Counted from the first letter of the stretch, positions 24,001-36,999 are shown. The stretch: 53,240 nucleotides of DNA from Octopus bimaculoides (GCF_001194135.2 NC_068986.1:114525398-114578637), one strand, 5' to 3'. The notes: generated by a model not told the origin, from the letters alone. Translations and numbers: made by a program.

Positions 24001-24540
24001 AATTTTTGAAAATTTATGAATCTCCCCTCCCCACTTCCAGACCGATTTTCTCCTCTCTTTTTTTCCACAACGCACTTAAAAACAACGGGAGACGCGTTTT
24101 TTTGTACGGACTTTGGCCCTCTTTTTATGCACTACACGCTTAAAATCGATGGAAGAAGCCTTGAAGATTAATAAAATAATCTTGGAAAATCAGCGATCAC
24201 CATTACAATCACCACTTCCTTTATTTTCAATCAGAAAATGAAACATAATTTTAATACAATNNNNNNNNNNNNNNNNNNNNNNNNNNNNNNNNNNNNNNNN
24301 NNNNNNNNNNNNNNNNNNNNNNNNNNNNNNNNNNNNNNNNNNNNNNNNNNNNNNNNNNNNNNNNNNNNNNNNNNNNNNNNNNNNNNNNNNNNNNNNNNNN
24401 NNNNNNNNNNNNNNNNNNNNNNNNNNNNNNNNNNNNNNNNNNNNNNNNNNNNNNATTATGCGGTGGTCCATTGTTGATTTAAGCAACAACAACAAAATTC
24501 TGCAATTTAAATTTTTAACTCCTACTCCGCACCAAGCGAG

Positions 24541-24611
<71 letters not shown>

Positions 24612-25066
24612 AAGAAAAAACATATTTACTAACAGTAAAGTATGCTATTAAAATAAATTATCTTTTTAAAATCACTCTCTCACCATACTGAAATTGCTTA
24701 CACACATGCATATACACATACACAAGCACACACATTTACAGAAATTGAAAGAGAGTCTGGTAACTATTTAGAGAAGTGGGGGAAATCCACAATGAATAAA
24801 GCGAAAACGCAAAGCGATAGACAAATTAGAGAAGCAGAAGTCTTTTCTGTTGCTGTCACAGATTTTGAAATTCCAAAATTAAGTGAATTTTTCAAATTTA
24901 GCATATTGATGTACTTTTTCATGGTGAATCCAATTTTGTGATTCAATTGTTCCAGAAAAATTTTACAAAAATGTTACAGAGGTTTTAAGTTTGATAATTT
25001 TTACACAATCAGAAAACAGGATTTGGAAGCTAGCATTTTGTGCGTAATTAGCTGTGTATCATAAAA

Positions 25067-25268
25067 TGGAGTCCAGTCAGTCAGCTTTTACACCTTCTTG
25101 GACGGATTTGTGACGGACAGATCCATCTCAGTTCCTTTTCAACTGAATGACCATGTCATGCAGTTTTCTTTGTTTTTTTTTTTCATATGAATATCATAGT
25201 GTTACAGACGAAAATTTAAACACAATGAAAGCAATGCATGAGAGATAATACATATACAGAGAGAGAGA

Positions 25269-25313
<45 letters not shown>

Positions 25314-25780
25314 NNNNNNNNNNNNNNNNNNNNNNNNNNNNNNNNNNNNNNNNNNNNNNNNNNNNNNNNNNNNNNNNNNNNNNNNNNNNNNNNNNNNNNN
25401 NNNNNNNNNNNNNNNNNNNNNNNNNNNNNNNNNNNNNNNNNNNNNNNNNNNNNNNNNNNNNNNNNNNNNNNNNNNNNNNNNNNNNNNNNNNNNNNNNNNN
25501 NNNNNNNNNNNNNNNNNNNNNNNNNNNNNNNNNNNNNNNNNNNNNNNNNNNNNNNNNNNNNNNNNNNNNNNNNNNNNNNNNNNNNNNNNNNNNNNNNNNN
25601 NNNNNNNNNNNNNNNNNNNNNNNNNNNNNNNNNNNNNNNNNNNNNNNNNNNNNNNNNNNNNNNNNNNNNNNNNNNNNNNNNNNNNNNNNNNNNNNNNNNN
25701 NNNNNNNNNNNNNNNNNNNNNNNNNNNNNNNNNNNNNNNNNNNNNNNNNNNNNNNNNNNNNNNNNNNNNNNNNNNNNNNN

Positions 25781-25830
<50 letters not shown>

Positions 25831-26072
25831 CACTTTCTAATACAGTATAAAGGATTTCATTGTATTTTTCCATAGCTTTCTATTTTGCATTTCCTATCCA
25901 GTTGTTATTTCTATCCTGTTCCTTTTCGCGGCCGTTTGGAGTCCAGTCAGTCAGCTTTTATACCTTCTTGGACGGATTTGTGACGGACAGATCCATCTCA
26001 ATTCCTTTTCAACTGAATGACCATGTCATGCAGTTTTCTTTGTTTTCATATGAATATTATAGTGTTACAGAC
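25067..26072 (+). repeat. ~140-bp direct duplication (25067-25209 and 25937-26072) bracketing (GA)n-gap-(TG)n
   Basis: Near-identical copies that differ by three substitutions and by poly-T length. Confidence 0.92.
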
Positions 26073-26787
26073 TTTCTATAATATTTCATGTCCAAAGTCT
26101 TCGTGGCATGCTCATGCATAGAGCATGTTATTTAGCTCCATATTTCTGCATGCAATTCGTATTATTTTCTCGTTTCTAGAGTGATGAATATTTCACTATT
26201 AAAAATGGAACTTATGCTTCTTTAGGCTCACCAGCCAAAGTACTTTACCTTCTCGTTTCATTTTGTACCTTACTTAGTTGTGTTATTAATGAACTGGCCA
26301 TGGTACACATTGGTTACGGGATATTTTTCTGGTAATATGCCTTATGTATACTTTTTTTGTTTTATATACTAATCCATGAAGACTAGGTTCGTTGGCAACA
26401 GGTTTCCAGCGGTCCAGCCACGAGTTCATACCATTTTTGATGCTGCCAGTAACAAGGGAATCTTCACCTTTCAGTGGGAAACAAATATCACAGGCAGAAT
26501 GGCCAAGAAGCACAGACTTTTCAATTTATTTCCCAATGTTTCGATGATTATATGCATATATATATATATATATANNNNNNNNNNNNNNNNNNNNNNNNNN
26601 NNNNNNNNNNNNNNNNNNNNNNNNNNNNNNNNNNNNNNNNNNNNNNNNNNNNNNNNNNNNNNNNNNNNNNNNNNNNNNNNNNNNNNNNNNNNNNNNNNNN
26701 NNNNNNNNNNNNNNNNNNNNNNNNNNNNNNNNNNNNNNNNNNNNNNNNNNNNNNNNNNNNNNNNNNNNNNNNNNNNNNNNNNNNNNN

Positions 26788-27178
26788 GTTTCAGTCTTTT
26801 GACTGCGGCCATGCTGGAGCACCGCCTTTAGTCGAAGAAATCGACCCCAGGACTTATTCTTTGGAAGCCTAGTACTTATTCTATCGGTCTCTTTTGCCGA
26901 ACCACTGAGTTACGGGGACATAAACACACCAGCATCGGTTGTCAAGCGATGTTGGGGGGACAAACACAGACATACAAACACACACACACACACACACATA
27001 TATATACACATATACGACGGGCTTCTTTCAGTTTCCGTCTACCAAATCCACTCACAAGGCATTGGTCGGCCCGAGGCTATAGTAGAAGGCACTTGCCCAA
27101 GATGCCACGCAGTGGGACTGAACCCGGGACCATGTGGTTGGTAAGCAAGCTACTTACCACACAGCCACTCCTACGCCT
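26788..27178 (-). mobile_element. SINE family A (tRNA head, CORE-like segment, internal microsatellite, CR1-type tail), near full length
   Basis: Minus head GGCGTAGGAGTGGCTGTGTGGTAAG..GGTTCAGTCCC, then ATCTTGGGCAAGTGCCTT, and tail GGCGGTGCTCCAGCATGGCCGCAGTCAAAAGACTGAAAC. Confidence 0.9.
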
Positions 27179-27201
27179 ATACAGCCACTCCCACGCCTAT
27201 G

Positions 27202-27240
<39 letters not shown>

Positions 27241-27404
27241 GTATGCATATACATATATATATGTATGCATGTATATGCATGATCATCGTTTAACGCCCAC
27301 TTTCCATGCTGGCAATATATATATATAATATACATATTTCTTTTTTTTTTTCATTTATATCAAAGAAATCGTTATTATTATTATTGTTATTATTATTTTT
27401 CAGA

Positions 27405-27630
27405 GCAGGGGATAAGCAGAATCGTTAGAACGTGGGAAGAAACGCCTTAAGCAATGGCTTGCGGCATTTCTTTTGGCTCTTTCCTATCAGAATTCAAGTC
27501 AGGCTAATCTCAGCATTGCTTTTATTCTTTCGGGGACGATGAAATAAAGTACCAGTCAAATAGTAGGGGCCCAAGATAACAACCAACTCCTCTACTCAAA
27601 GATTACTGATCATTTGGTTAAACTAGAAAG
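27405..27630 (+). mobile_element. Degenerate SINE family D copy
   Basis: AAGCAGAATCGTTAG head and TTCTTTCGGGGACGATGAAATAAAGTACCAGTC body. Confidence 0.65.
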
Positions 27631-27975
27631 AATTACTGTTATGCACGCACAAACACACACACACTCACGCACAGACATATATATATATATATATATATAT
27701 ATTTTATTTTATTTAAAAGAGTTCCAACTCTGTCTGTTCTTTATGTTTTTTATTTATATTCTTGTAAAATTTATGTGGGATATAGAATATGGAATATATA
27801 ATATATAATATAAAAAAAGATGGATGGTACAATGAAATGAAGTATTGAATGTCTTATTGAATATATGGAATATGTCTTATTGAATATATGAAATATTGAG
27901 TGTTCAATATAAAGGATTAAATATATAAATATATAAAGGCGAATACGTATTTTCTATACCTTGTGGTATTTCATC

Positions 27976-28042
27976 ATGGCCGGTATGACAGACTGTAACA
28001 GACTGCTTGTTACAGTCTGTTACAGTCTGTCATACCGGCCAT
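27976..28042. other. Perfect 30-bp inverted repeat with a 7-nt loop
   Basis: ATGGCCGGTATGACAGACTGTAACAGACTG-CTTGTTA-CAGTCTGTTACAGTCTGTCATACCGGCCAT; 30/30 pairs checked by hand. Confidence 0.97.
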
Positions 28043-28104
28043 ATATATATGTGTGTGTGTGTGATATGTATACATGGTAGACATGTACAGATAGATAGAT
28101 ATAA

Positions 28105-28430
28105 TGGTGTAGAAAAGCATGGCTTAGTGGTTGGGGTGTTGCACTTATCGCAAGATTGTGGTTTCCATTCCGGGTATGGGCGATACATTATATTCTTATG
28201 CAAAACACTTCATTTAATGCTGCTCTTGTCCCGTTCAATGTGAGGAATATATAAGCAACAGAATGCGGGAAAGCTGGCCTCGTGAGTCTATGACTCAGCA
28301 GGGACTCTGATCCTCTGATATAGAAGGGCACAGCTTACATACACTGACTCGCATCCGCGCATACGACGAAGTATTTGTTTTGTGGATTATGTAGTGGACT
28401 ACCCAACAGGCGTGTAAGAAGACGCATATC
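28105..28430 (+). mobile_element. Old tRNA-derived SINE
   Basis: GCATGGCTTAGTGGTT (A-box-like), GGTTTCCATTCC (B-box-like) and ATTCTTATGCAAAACACTT, similar to the family C head. Confidence 0.5.
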
Positions 28431-28490
28431 TAAGTATGCATGTAAGTGTTGTGTGTTTGTGTATGTCTGTGTACATGTATAGACGTATAC

Positions 28491-28526
<36 letters not shown>

Positions 28527-28971
28527 ATATATATACGTATTTATATATATATGCATATATATTCATATATATATATTCATATATATGCATTTCTGACATT
28601 TGCTTAGTAACTACAAGTCCCGCCTCTAACAACAGCTTCACCACACTATACCCATTGTACTGTTGTCTCTCTACTCTAGATACCTTCCACCTACCACCAA
28701 CACAACCAGGTGTCTTGCATCATTCTACTCCATACAAGTCATACTGCCTCAATTAATAACTGGTATTAGTAGCAGAGGTGATTATGGTGGTGGGATACTT
28801 GTTATGGTTTATGGCGACGGTGGTGCTGAGGCGGCAGAGGTGATGATAATGTGGTGATGATCATGATGATGCTAGTTATTGTGGTGAAGGTGGCGGTGGT
28901 GGTAGTGATGGAGGTGGTGGTGGTAGGGAGTGCTTTGTAAAATTTAATTACGTCATTTTACGTCATTACTC

Positions 28972-29190
28972 ATTGCTGGCCACTGCTTAAACTAGCCAAT
29001 CAGAATTTATACTTTGGAGATTTATGCACACCAAAAGAGGATGAGGGCCACTAACTACATAGACGTGATCGGCAGACACACAACTTGAAACTGAGGACGA
29101 ATCAAAGTTAATGGGGGACAGAAAATCATGGTTCGATGTGGTGAAATGGATCTTGATTTCGGCCGCTTCAAGAAAACTGTATTAGTAGTC
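28972..29190 (+). mobile_element. RTE ORF C-terminal fragment
   Basis: With frameshifts: IAGHC..ILWRFMHT..DTQLETEDESKLMGDRKSWFDVVK, resembling the RTE end FAGHC.R..LWEP.HG..GRP..YID.L..DTGL...M.DR..W. Confidence 0.65.
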
Positions 29191-29702
29191 GTGAGCTTAA
29201 TGGTGGCGGCGGTGGTGGCGGTGGTGGTGACGTCTGCAGCGGCAGCAGTGTTGTAGAGTGGTAGAGTTATTTACAAAACAAAAAAAAAAACAGTATTGTT
29301 ATTGATATAATTATCCACCTCTACACAGCCCTTATCAACATTGCCGCCACCACCACCACCCTTAATCTACCCACTCCCTATGCCCTCCCACCCTCACCTT
29401 ACTACACACAATGTCTTTCCTGTGCAAGACATTTTGCTCACAGCTCTCAGAACAATGGTCAGTGTCTCGAGAAATGATGTGACGTCGACAGCGCTGGTCG
29501 GTGGTAATGGTGGAGGCGATGATGTCGTAGTTGACATCAGGATTATAGTGACGTCGGCAGTGGTGATGGCAATGGTGCTGATGCTGATGACAGAGTTGAA
29601 TGGTCGTGGTGGTAGATGTGATGGATGTGGTCATTATAGTGGTGAGGTGGTGATTGTGACTATAGTGGTGTTGTTGGCAAGGTTGATTACGTGTACTAAG
29701 TG

Positions 29703-29754
<52 letters not shown>

Positions 29755-29946
29755 AACACACTCACACACACACATGTATATACTTATACACACACATACA
29801 TATGCAGTGACTTCGCTATATACACTAGTTAGTACATATCACCTACACATACACATTACCGATTATAACAATCTCTCATTCACTATTTAAATGTGAGACG
29901 CAAATAGTGTCAAAAACATAAAAATACATATATAGATACATACACT

Positions 29947-29990
<44 letters not shown>

Positions 29991-30257
29991 CACACACACA
30001 CACACACATACGCAGAAAGTCGATTTTCCAACATGGCCTTGGCTGAAAAGACAAAAATAAACGAAAGAACTTAAGAACAAAGAACATACACACACACATA
30101 TATGACATAGGTATATAAACATGAACACACGCACACACAAGCACACACCCATACAAGCACACACACACACACACACACACATACATACATACATACATAC
30201 ATACATACATACATACATACATAAATATATGCATACATATAGACATAGATACACATA

Positions 30258-30399
30258 GGCGTGGTTGTGTTTTAAGAGGTTTGCTTCACAACTATACGGT
30301 TCTAGGTTCAGTTCCACTGCCTGTCTTCTACTATAGCCTTACGCCGACAAAAGCCTTGTGAGCGGATCTGGTTGACAGGAACTGAAAGAACCCTGTCAT

Positions 30400-30473
<74 letters not shown>

Positions 30474-30890
30474 ACACACACACACACACTCACACACACA
30501 CACACACACACACATGTATATACATATAGACATATACATATATATTTGCCTCTATGTACATGCATACATGTGTGAGTGTGTGTATACATATAGATGTATG
30601 CACGTGTGTGCATACATATATATATATGTGTGTGTGTGTGTGTGCGTGTGTGTGTGTGTGCGCGTGTGTGTGTGCTCGCGTGCGTGTGTGTGTGTATGTC
30701 TGTGTATGTCTGTATTTGTCCCCCACCAACGTTTGATAACTTGTGTTGGTTTGTTTATGTCCCCGTAACTTAGCGGTTCTGCAAAAAGTCCCAATAGAAC
30801 AAGTATCAGGTTTAAAAACATAAGGTCGATTGATTCAACTAAATTTCCTCAAGGCGATGCACCAGCATGGCCGAAGTCTAATGACTGAAA
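30258..30890 (+). mobile_element. SINE family A with an internal (CA)/(TG) tract expanded to ~300 bp
   Basis: Head GGCGTGGTTGTG..GGTTCAGTTCC, body GTCCCCGTAACTTAGCGGTTC, tail CCAGCATGGCCGAAGTCTAATGACTGAAA. Confidence 0.85.
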
Positions 30891-31319
30891 AAAAAAGATA
30901 AAATATAAAAGGTACATATTACATATACTACATATACATAGATACTCATATACATACATAAATATATGTATACACATACATACACACACATACACAAATA
31001 GACACATTCATACACTAACATACACACAGACAGCGCACTCATGCACGCGTGTTTACGTGGTGGAAGTCGACTGATGTCCGAATACCACAACTTCTTAAAT
31101 ACAGTTGGCATCTCTTAGGGAACAGCAACAACGGAACAAGTCTTTGCGCGTGTAACTGAAACATGTAAATATATAGACAAATGGACATATATATATGCAT
31201 ACATACACATATGCAAATATACTATACACATACACATACTGATATCCACACACAAGTGCACATATATGAACGTATAAAACCTACCTATCTGCCTACACAC
31301 GCACACACATACACACATA

Positions 31320-31432
31320 TACATACATACATACGTACATACATACATACATACATACATACATACATACATACGTACATACATACATACATACATACAT
31401 ACATACATACATACATACATACATACATACAT
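31320..31432. repeat. (ACAT)n tetranucleotide microsatellite
   Basis: Visible directly. Confidence 0.95.
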
Positions 31433-31499
31433 AGGCCTGGATATGTCCTGAAAATTTTAGTATAAAGTGTTGCCTATGTTAGACTGATGACCATTGTCA

Positions 31500-32105
31500 C
31501 GTCCTTTCTCTCAGATTATGCTTCTGCTACCCGAGGACAAGGGATTGCTAACAAATTGCCAAATGATCACAAGAGACAGCGAATCCCTTTAACACCCAAA
31601 ATGCAGTCGAAAATGTCTTCTGTGGAAGATATAATACATGTGATCGGTAGCTGCCTCTAAACATTATGATGTTCCCTTTTAATGTGAAATGATGTTGCCA
31701 AAACAATAAACAGTAATATTGAGAAAGTCTACAATGGGATAAATATAGAGAATAACTCTGCCATTGAATATACCATGTATTAACGCAATTGCTATTACCA
31801 TCGAGACTTCCATGAGTTGCGAACCAATTGCAAATATATAAAGGTCAACTTCCTGTACAGGTGAATATTTCTTTCGAAATCAGTGAGAGAGAATATTTAC
31901 ATACAACTGCTTCAAAGCCTATTGTTTCTTTATTTAAACTTTAAAAATCCCATAATTATAATTATTCATGCACTCGGCTATGATAGCAAATGTTTCAGTA
32001 GTAAGCACAAACAATAGAGCTTTCAAAGAAAGTTACCACTTAATGGTCATTTTATAAATATAATTTGTAAGCGGAACTGTAAATATACGCAAGAATTCTA
32101 AAATT
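31500..32105 (+). mobile_element. Degenerate RLE-type non-LTR retrotransposon (R4/Dong-like) C-terminus
   Basis: Frameshifted motifs in the expected order: SSVEDIIHVIGSC..NDVAKTI (CCHC knuckle region), FPVQVNISFEISE, PIIIIIHALGY, VSGTVNIRK. The catalytic PD motif was not recognisable. Confidence 0.65.
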
Positions 32106-34567
32106 CAACATGGTACACTTATACATAACTTCTTAAATTCAGCAAAGTTTTTTTTTTTCATGAGAGGAAGCATTGAAATATTTAGACAATATATATTCAC
32201 ACATTCATTCGTTCATCCATGCACAAATGATGATTATCTACTCATATCCAAAGAACATAAGTATGTAAGCAACGGTCTATCCAGAACTATGTTTTGATTA
32301 TCGGGCAGGTCATTCAGCATGCTAGAAACAAAAGGTAGGACCTCTCACGAATAACACATTACGCTATCAAGAAGTAAAGAAATGTCTAAGATGAGATTTA
32401 GAGACATTACAGCTAAAACATTAAAGAAAAAAACGATAATCAGAGAATATCTTCCGTTATAGCTCTCTCCTGTTATGGTTCACATAGAGCTAAACAACAA
32501 GACCGACAACATATGTGTGCTTCGTTTACCCGTGTGCACCATATGCAGAAAGGAGCGTATATATGGTAATAGTTTTAGGTTATGAATATATGAGAAGTAT
32601 GTTCACTGATGTATGCTTCCTTGCAATGTGTTTGTGATTGTGACCTAGTGTGCATGAGTGTATTTAAGCGACTTTGTATATACTCACGCGTGTATATATA
32701 TAAATATATACACACATACATACATGTATACACACACACATATATATATATATATATACATATAGTATACATACACATAACATATACACACATACGCATG
32801 TGTAATTAAATGTATTGGTGTGTGTGTGTATACATACATACACATGCATATTTGTATGTGTACAAATGTATATAGAGGTATATAACTTTATCGATGTCTA
32901 TTTTAGTGTTCACAACCGCTTGTGAGTCACCAATAAAATCATTCTGTACTTCTTGGAGTATTGAGTAATTAATTCTGAAGGTGAAAGCTTTTTGTTACAA
33001 ACAACCACACACTATATATACAAGTATGCATAGAAACATACATACTTGCATACACACACATACNNNNNNNNNNNNNNNNNNNNNNNNNNNNNNNNNNNNN
33101 NNNNNNNNNNNNNNNNNNNNNNNNNNNNNNNNNNNNNNNNNNNNNNNNNNNNNNNNNNNNNNNNNNNNNNNNNNNNNNNNNNNNNNNNNNNNNNNNNNNN
33201 NNNNNNNNNNNNNNNNNNNNNNNNNNNNNNNNNNNNNNNNNNNNNNNNNNNNNNNNNNNNNNNNNNNNNNNNNNNNNNNNNNNNNNNNNNNNNNNNNNNN
33301 NNNNNNNNNNNNNNNNNNNNNNNNNNNNNNNNNNNNNNNNNNNNNNNNNNNNNNNNNNNNNNNNNNNNNNNNNNNNNNNNNNNNNNNNNNNNNNNNNNNN
33401 NNNNNNNNNNNNNNNNNNNNNNNNNNNNNNNNNNNNNNNNNNNNNNNNNNNNNNNNNNNNNNNNNNNNNNNNNNNNNNNNNNNNNNNNNNNNNNNNNNNN
33501 NNNNNNNNNNNNNNNNNNNNNNNNNNNNNNNNNNNNNNNNNNNNNNNNNNNNNNNNNNNNNNNNNNNNNNNNNNNNNNNNNNNNNNNNNNNNNNNNNNNN
33601 NNNNNNNNNNNNNNNNNNNNNNNNNNNNNNNNNNNNNNNNNNNNNNNNNNNNNNNNNNNNNNNNNNNNNNNNNNNNNNNNNNNNNNNNNNNNNNNNNNNN
33701 NNNNNNNNNNNNNNNNNNNNNNNNNNNNNNNNNNNNNNNNNNNNNNNNNNNNNNNNNNNNNNNNNNNNNNNNNNNNNNNNNNNNNNNNNNNNNNNNNNNN
33801 NNNNNNNNNNNNNNNNATAATAGTATGCTAATTCTTCCTAAAATCCTCTTTCTGCCCTCCTGTCGTGTGCAGCTCCTCAATTTCTGTCTTTTCAATCCTT
33901 ATCAACATCTCTCTCTCTCTCTCTCTCTCTCTTATTCTTTCACTCTTCTGAAACCTCTCACTCTACTCTCTATCCCTTTCTTCAACCACTTGTAAGATTA
34001 ACAAGAAATATATGCCTGTTGTTCGTGCTTTATTGCCGCATACCGCACACCTCCTCTCCACCACCACCATCACATAACACCACATACCACCACACACAGT
34101 CACTATTTGCCACCATCACCACATATGACCGCCATGTGCATACCACTACATATCACGATCACCACTACATCATGAAACCACCACGACATACCACCACCAC
34201 TACTCAACGTACTAGAGAAAACAGCCAAATATTCTTCATATCTCATCTTGCCACGTTAAAAAAAAAAAAGAAACTAGATTTCTTGCACATTAGAAAGGGT
34301 GGGTGGTCACGACTGGAATGTCTGTTTGATCGGTGTTGACCTGAGTAGTTGTGGTAGCTGTGATAGTGGTGGCAGCCGTGCCACAAACAACCATCATCAC
34401 TACCACACCACCACTACGCCACCACTTTCACAACAACCATCACTACCACACTACGAGACAACCATGACTACTGCCATCATCGTCAGCTCTCCTTTAAAAG
34501 GTCACTCGCTTCTTATTCCAAAGAAAATCTTCATGTTATACAAAACAGGTGCGTGTGAAAGTGTACC

Positions 34568-34611
<44 letters not shown>

Positions 34612-35745
34612 NNNNNNNNNNNNNNNNNNNNNNNNNNNNNNNNNNNNNNNNNNNNNNNNNNNNNNNNNNNNNNNNNNNNNNNNNNNNNNNNNNNNNNNNN
34701 NNNNNNNNNNNNNNNNNNNNNNNNNNNNNNNNNNNNNNNNNNNNNNNNNNNNNNNNNNNNNNNNNNNNNNNNNNNNNNNNNNNNNNNNNNNNNNNNNNNN
34801 NNNNNNNNNNNNNNNNNNNNNNNNNNNNNNNNNNNNNNNNNNNNNNNNNNNNNNNNNNNNNNNNNNNNNNNNNNNNNNNNNNNNNNNNNNNNNNNNNNNN
34901 NNNNNNNNNNNNNNNNNNNNNNNNNNNNNNNNNNNNNNNNNNNNNNNNNNNNNNNNNNNNNNNNNNNNNNNNNNNNNNNNNNNNNNNNNNNNNNNNNNNN
35001 NNNNNNNNNNNNNNNNNNNNNNNNNNNNNNNNNNNNNNNNNNNNNNNNNNNNNNNNNNNNNNNNNNNNNNNGATAGATAATGTGTGTGCGCGCGCGTGTG
35101 TGTGTGTATGTATGTTTGTGTATGTGTGTACATGTGTTGGAGTAATGAAAAAAGCAAAACGATTTAAAGCACACATACACGCAAACACACACAAGTGCGT
35201 GCACACGTATGCACCCGCTCATGCGTATTTTGATATATGCTTTTGTGTGTGCGTGAGTGCGTTTTAAATCGTTTTGCTTTTTTCAGTACTTCAACACATG
35301 TACACACACATACACAAACATCGAGATTGCTTCTTAGTATCAATAATGCTTCTGTCGTTATTTTTTAATATGCCCACTGGCTATATATATATATATATAT
35401 ATGTCCTCATCATCATCATTTAATGCACGTTTTCCATGCTGGCACGGGCTGGACGTTTGTTATTCCGCTGGTGACTAATAAGCTCAACTCTTAATAGACA
35501 TACACGTCCGTGGATATTGCAGGCGAAACTCACCCCATTCGCTACAACGGCAGCGCGTTTTCGAGCAACTCACTTAAGCTTGGCATGGAAAATGCATGTT
35601 TCTTCATAAACACCTATTTCTTTCTTTACTTGTTTCTTCCATTGACCTGCCATATCTCACACGCCTTCAACGAGAATTCTCTACAATCCTTAAACCGTAG
35701 TCTTCTTACACACACAAACACACACACAGTCACCCTTTTTATTAT

Positions 35746-36052
35746 GAGTGGCTGTGTGGTAAGTAGCTTGCTTACCAAGCACATGTTTCCGGGTTCAGTC
35801 CCACTGCGTGACACCTTGGGCAAGTGTCTTCTACTATAGCCTCGGACCGACCAGTATATATATATATGTATATGTTTGTGTGTCCGTGTTTGTCCCTCCA
35901 CTATCGCTTGGTGTGTTGACGTCCCCGTAACTTAGCGGTTCAGCAAAAGAGATCGATAGAATAAGTACCAGGCTTACAAAGAATAAGTCCTGGGTCGATT
36001 TGTTCGACAAAAGGCGGTGCTCCAGCATGGCCGCAGTCAAATGACTGAAACA
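35746..36052 (+). mobile_element. SINE family A, with a deletion after the CORE-like segment
   Basis: A box TGGCTGTGTGG (35749-35759), B box GGTTCAGTCCC (35792-35802), ACCTTGGGCAAGTGTCTT (35813-35830), tail 36013-36051. Confidence 0.9.
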
Positions 36053-36070
36053 TAAGGATGTATATATATA

Positions 36071-36545
36071 CAGGGTGCGGTGAATAAACTGCTGTCTAAA
36101 TTACGCAAAAATGAAAATAACACTGACACCTCATTTTAACAGATATATCAATATTACATTAAAATATCTTGAAATACTAAAGAGTAAAATTATTCCATAA
36201 AATCGCCATTGGCTTCAACCACGGCTTCCAGACGACTTCGGGATGTCCTGTAACTCTCCTGGGCTGTCTCCTTGTTTAAGTTGGCAAATGCTGCCATAAT
36301 CCTTGCCTTCAGTTCATCTTATGGTATTACAAGGAGTTTTGTTGGTCTCTCGCTAAATTGCGCCCCACACATAATAATCAAGGAGTTTGCAGTTTGGGGA
36401 GTTAGGTAGCCAGATGTTAGAGGTGATGTGGTAGCAGAAATTGTCTGACAGACATGACTGGTTGCTCCTGCTTGTGTGACATGGTGCAGAGTCCTGTTCC
36501 CAGACATAGGGTCTTCCACGATTCTTTGCAATGAACAAGTTAAAT
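36071..36545 (-). mobile_element. Tc1/mariner-superfamily transposon 3' end (transposase C-terminus plus TIR)
   Basis: YVWEQDSAPCHTS..WLPNSPNCKLLDYYVWGAI..DELKARIMAAFANLNKE..RLEAVVEANGDFME* matches QQDSAPCH / WPPNSPDxNPLDY. The terminus TA|CAGGGTG lies at 36071. Confidence 0.85.
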
Positions 36546-36999
36546 AACAGCTATTTAAAAATCTTTACACACACACACACACAAGCACACACAGAGGCGT
36601 GCGTGTGTATGTGCGTGCTAAAAAATCTTCACCTTTTATAAAATAGTTACTTACTATTCATATCGTAGAGTTGCTCTAACTCATAAATATAGAAGAATGG
36701 CTGCCTAACATATCCCTGTAATGGAGGACTGAGACGCTAACTGGGGTAGCGTATCGTATGGTGGTTAAGTAGCTGCCAAATTGCCAGCGATTCTCTTGAG
36801 ACATAACAGGAGATTAGTGTGTCAAGCTTATCCAACAAAATGACATTATATTTGTTAATTAGTTTAATTCATTCAGAGGCCACTATTTTGTAAACCGTAA
36901 CAGGGTAGCCCGGTAATCGATAGATACGAGGTGGACACCAGTAGTCGGATGCTTTGTTTTTTCTCAGCTGCACTTGCAGGAGTCTTGGAATTCTCTGTT

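Noticed and set aside
26286-26530. ORFs 26286-26513 (-) and 26376 (+); LLGHSACD faintly like HAxTGCD transposase-associated motifs
   Set aside because: The match is too loose, frames are broken and there are no flanking motifs; left unassigned.
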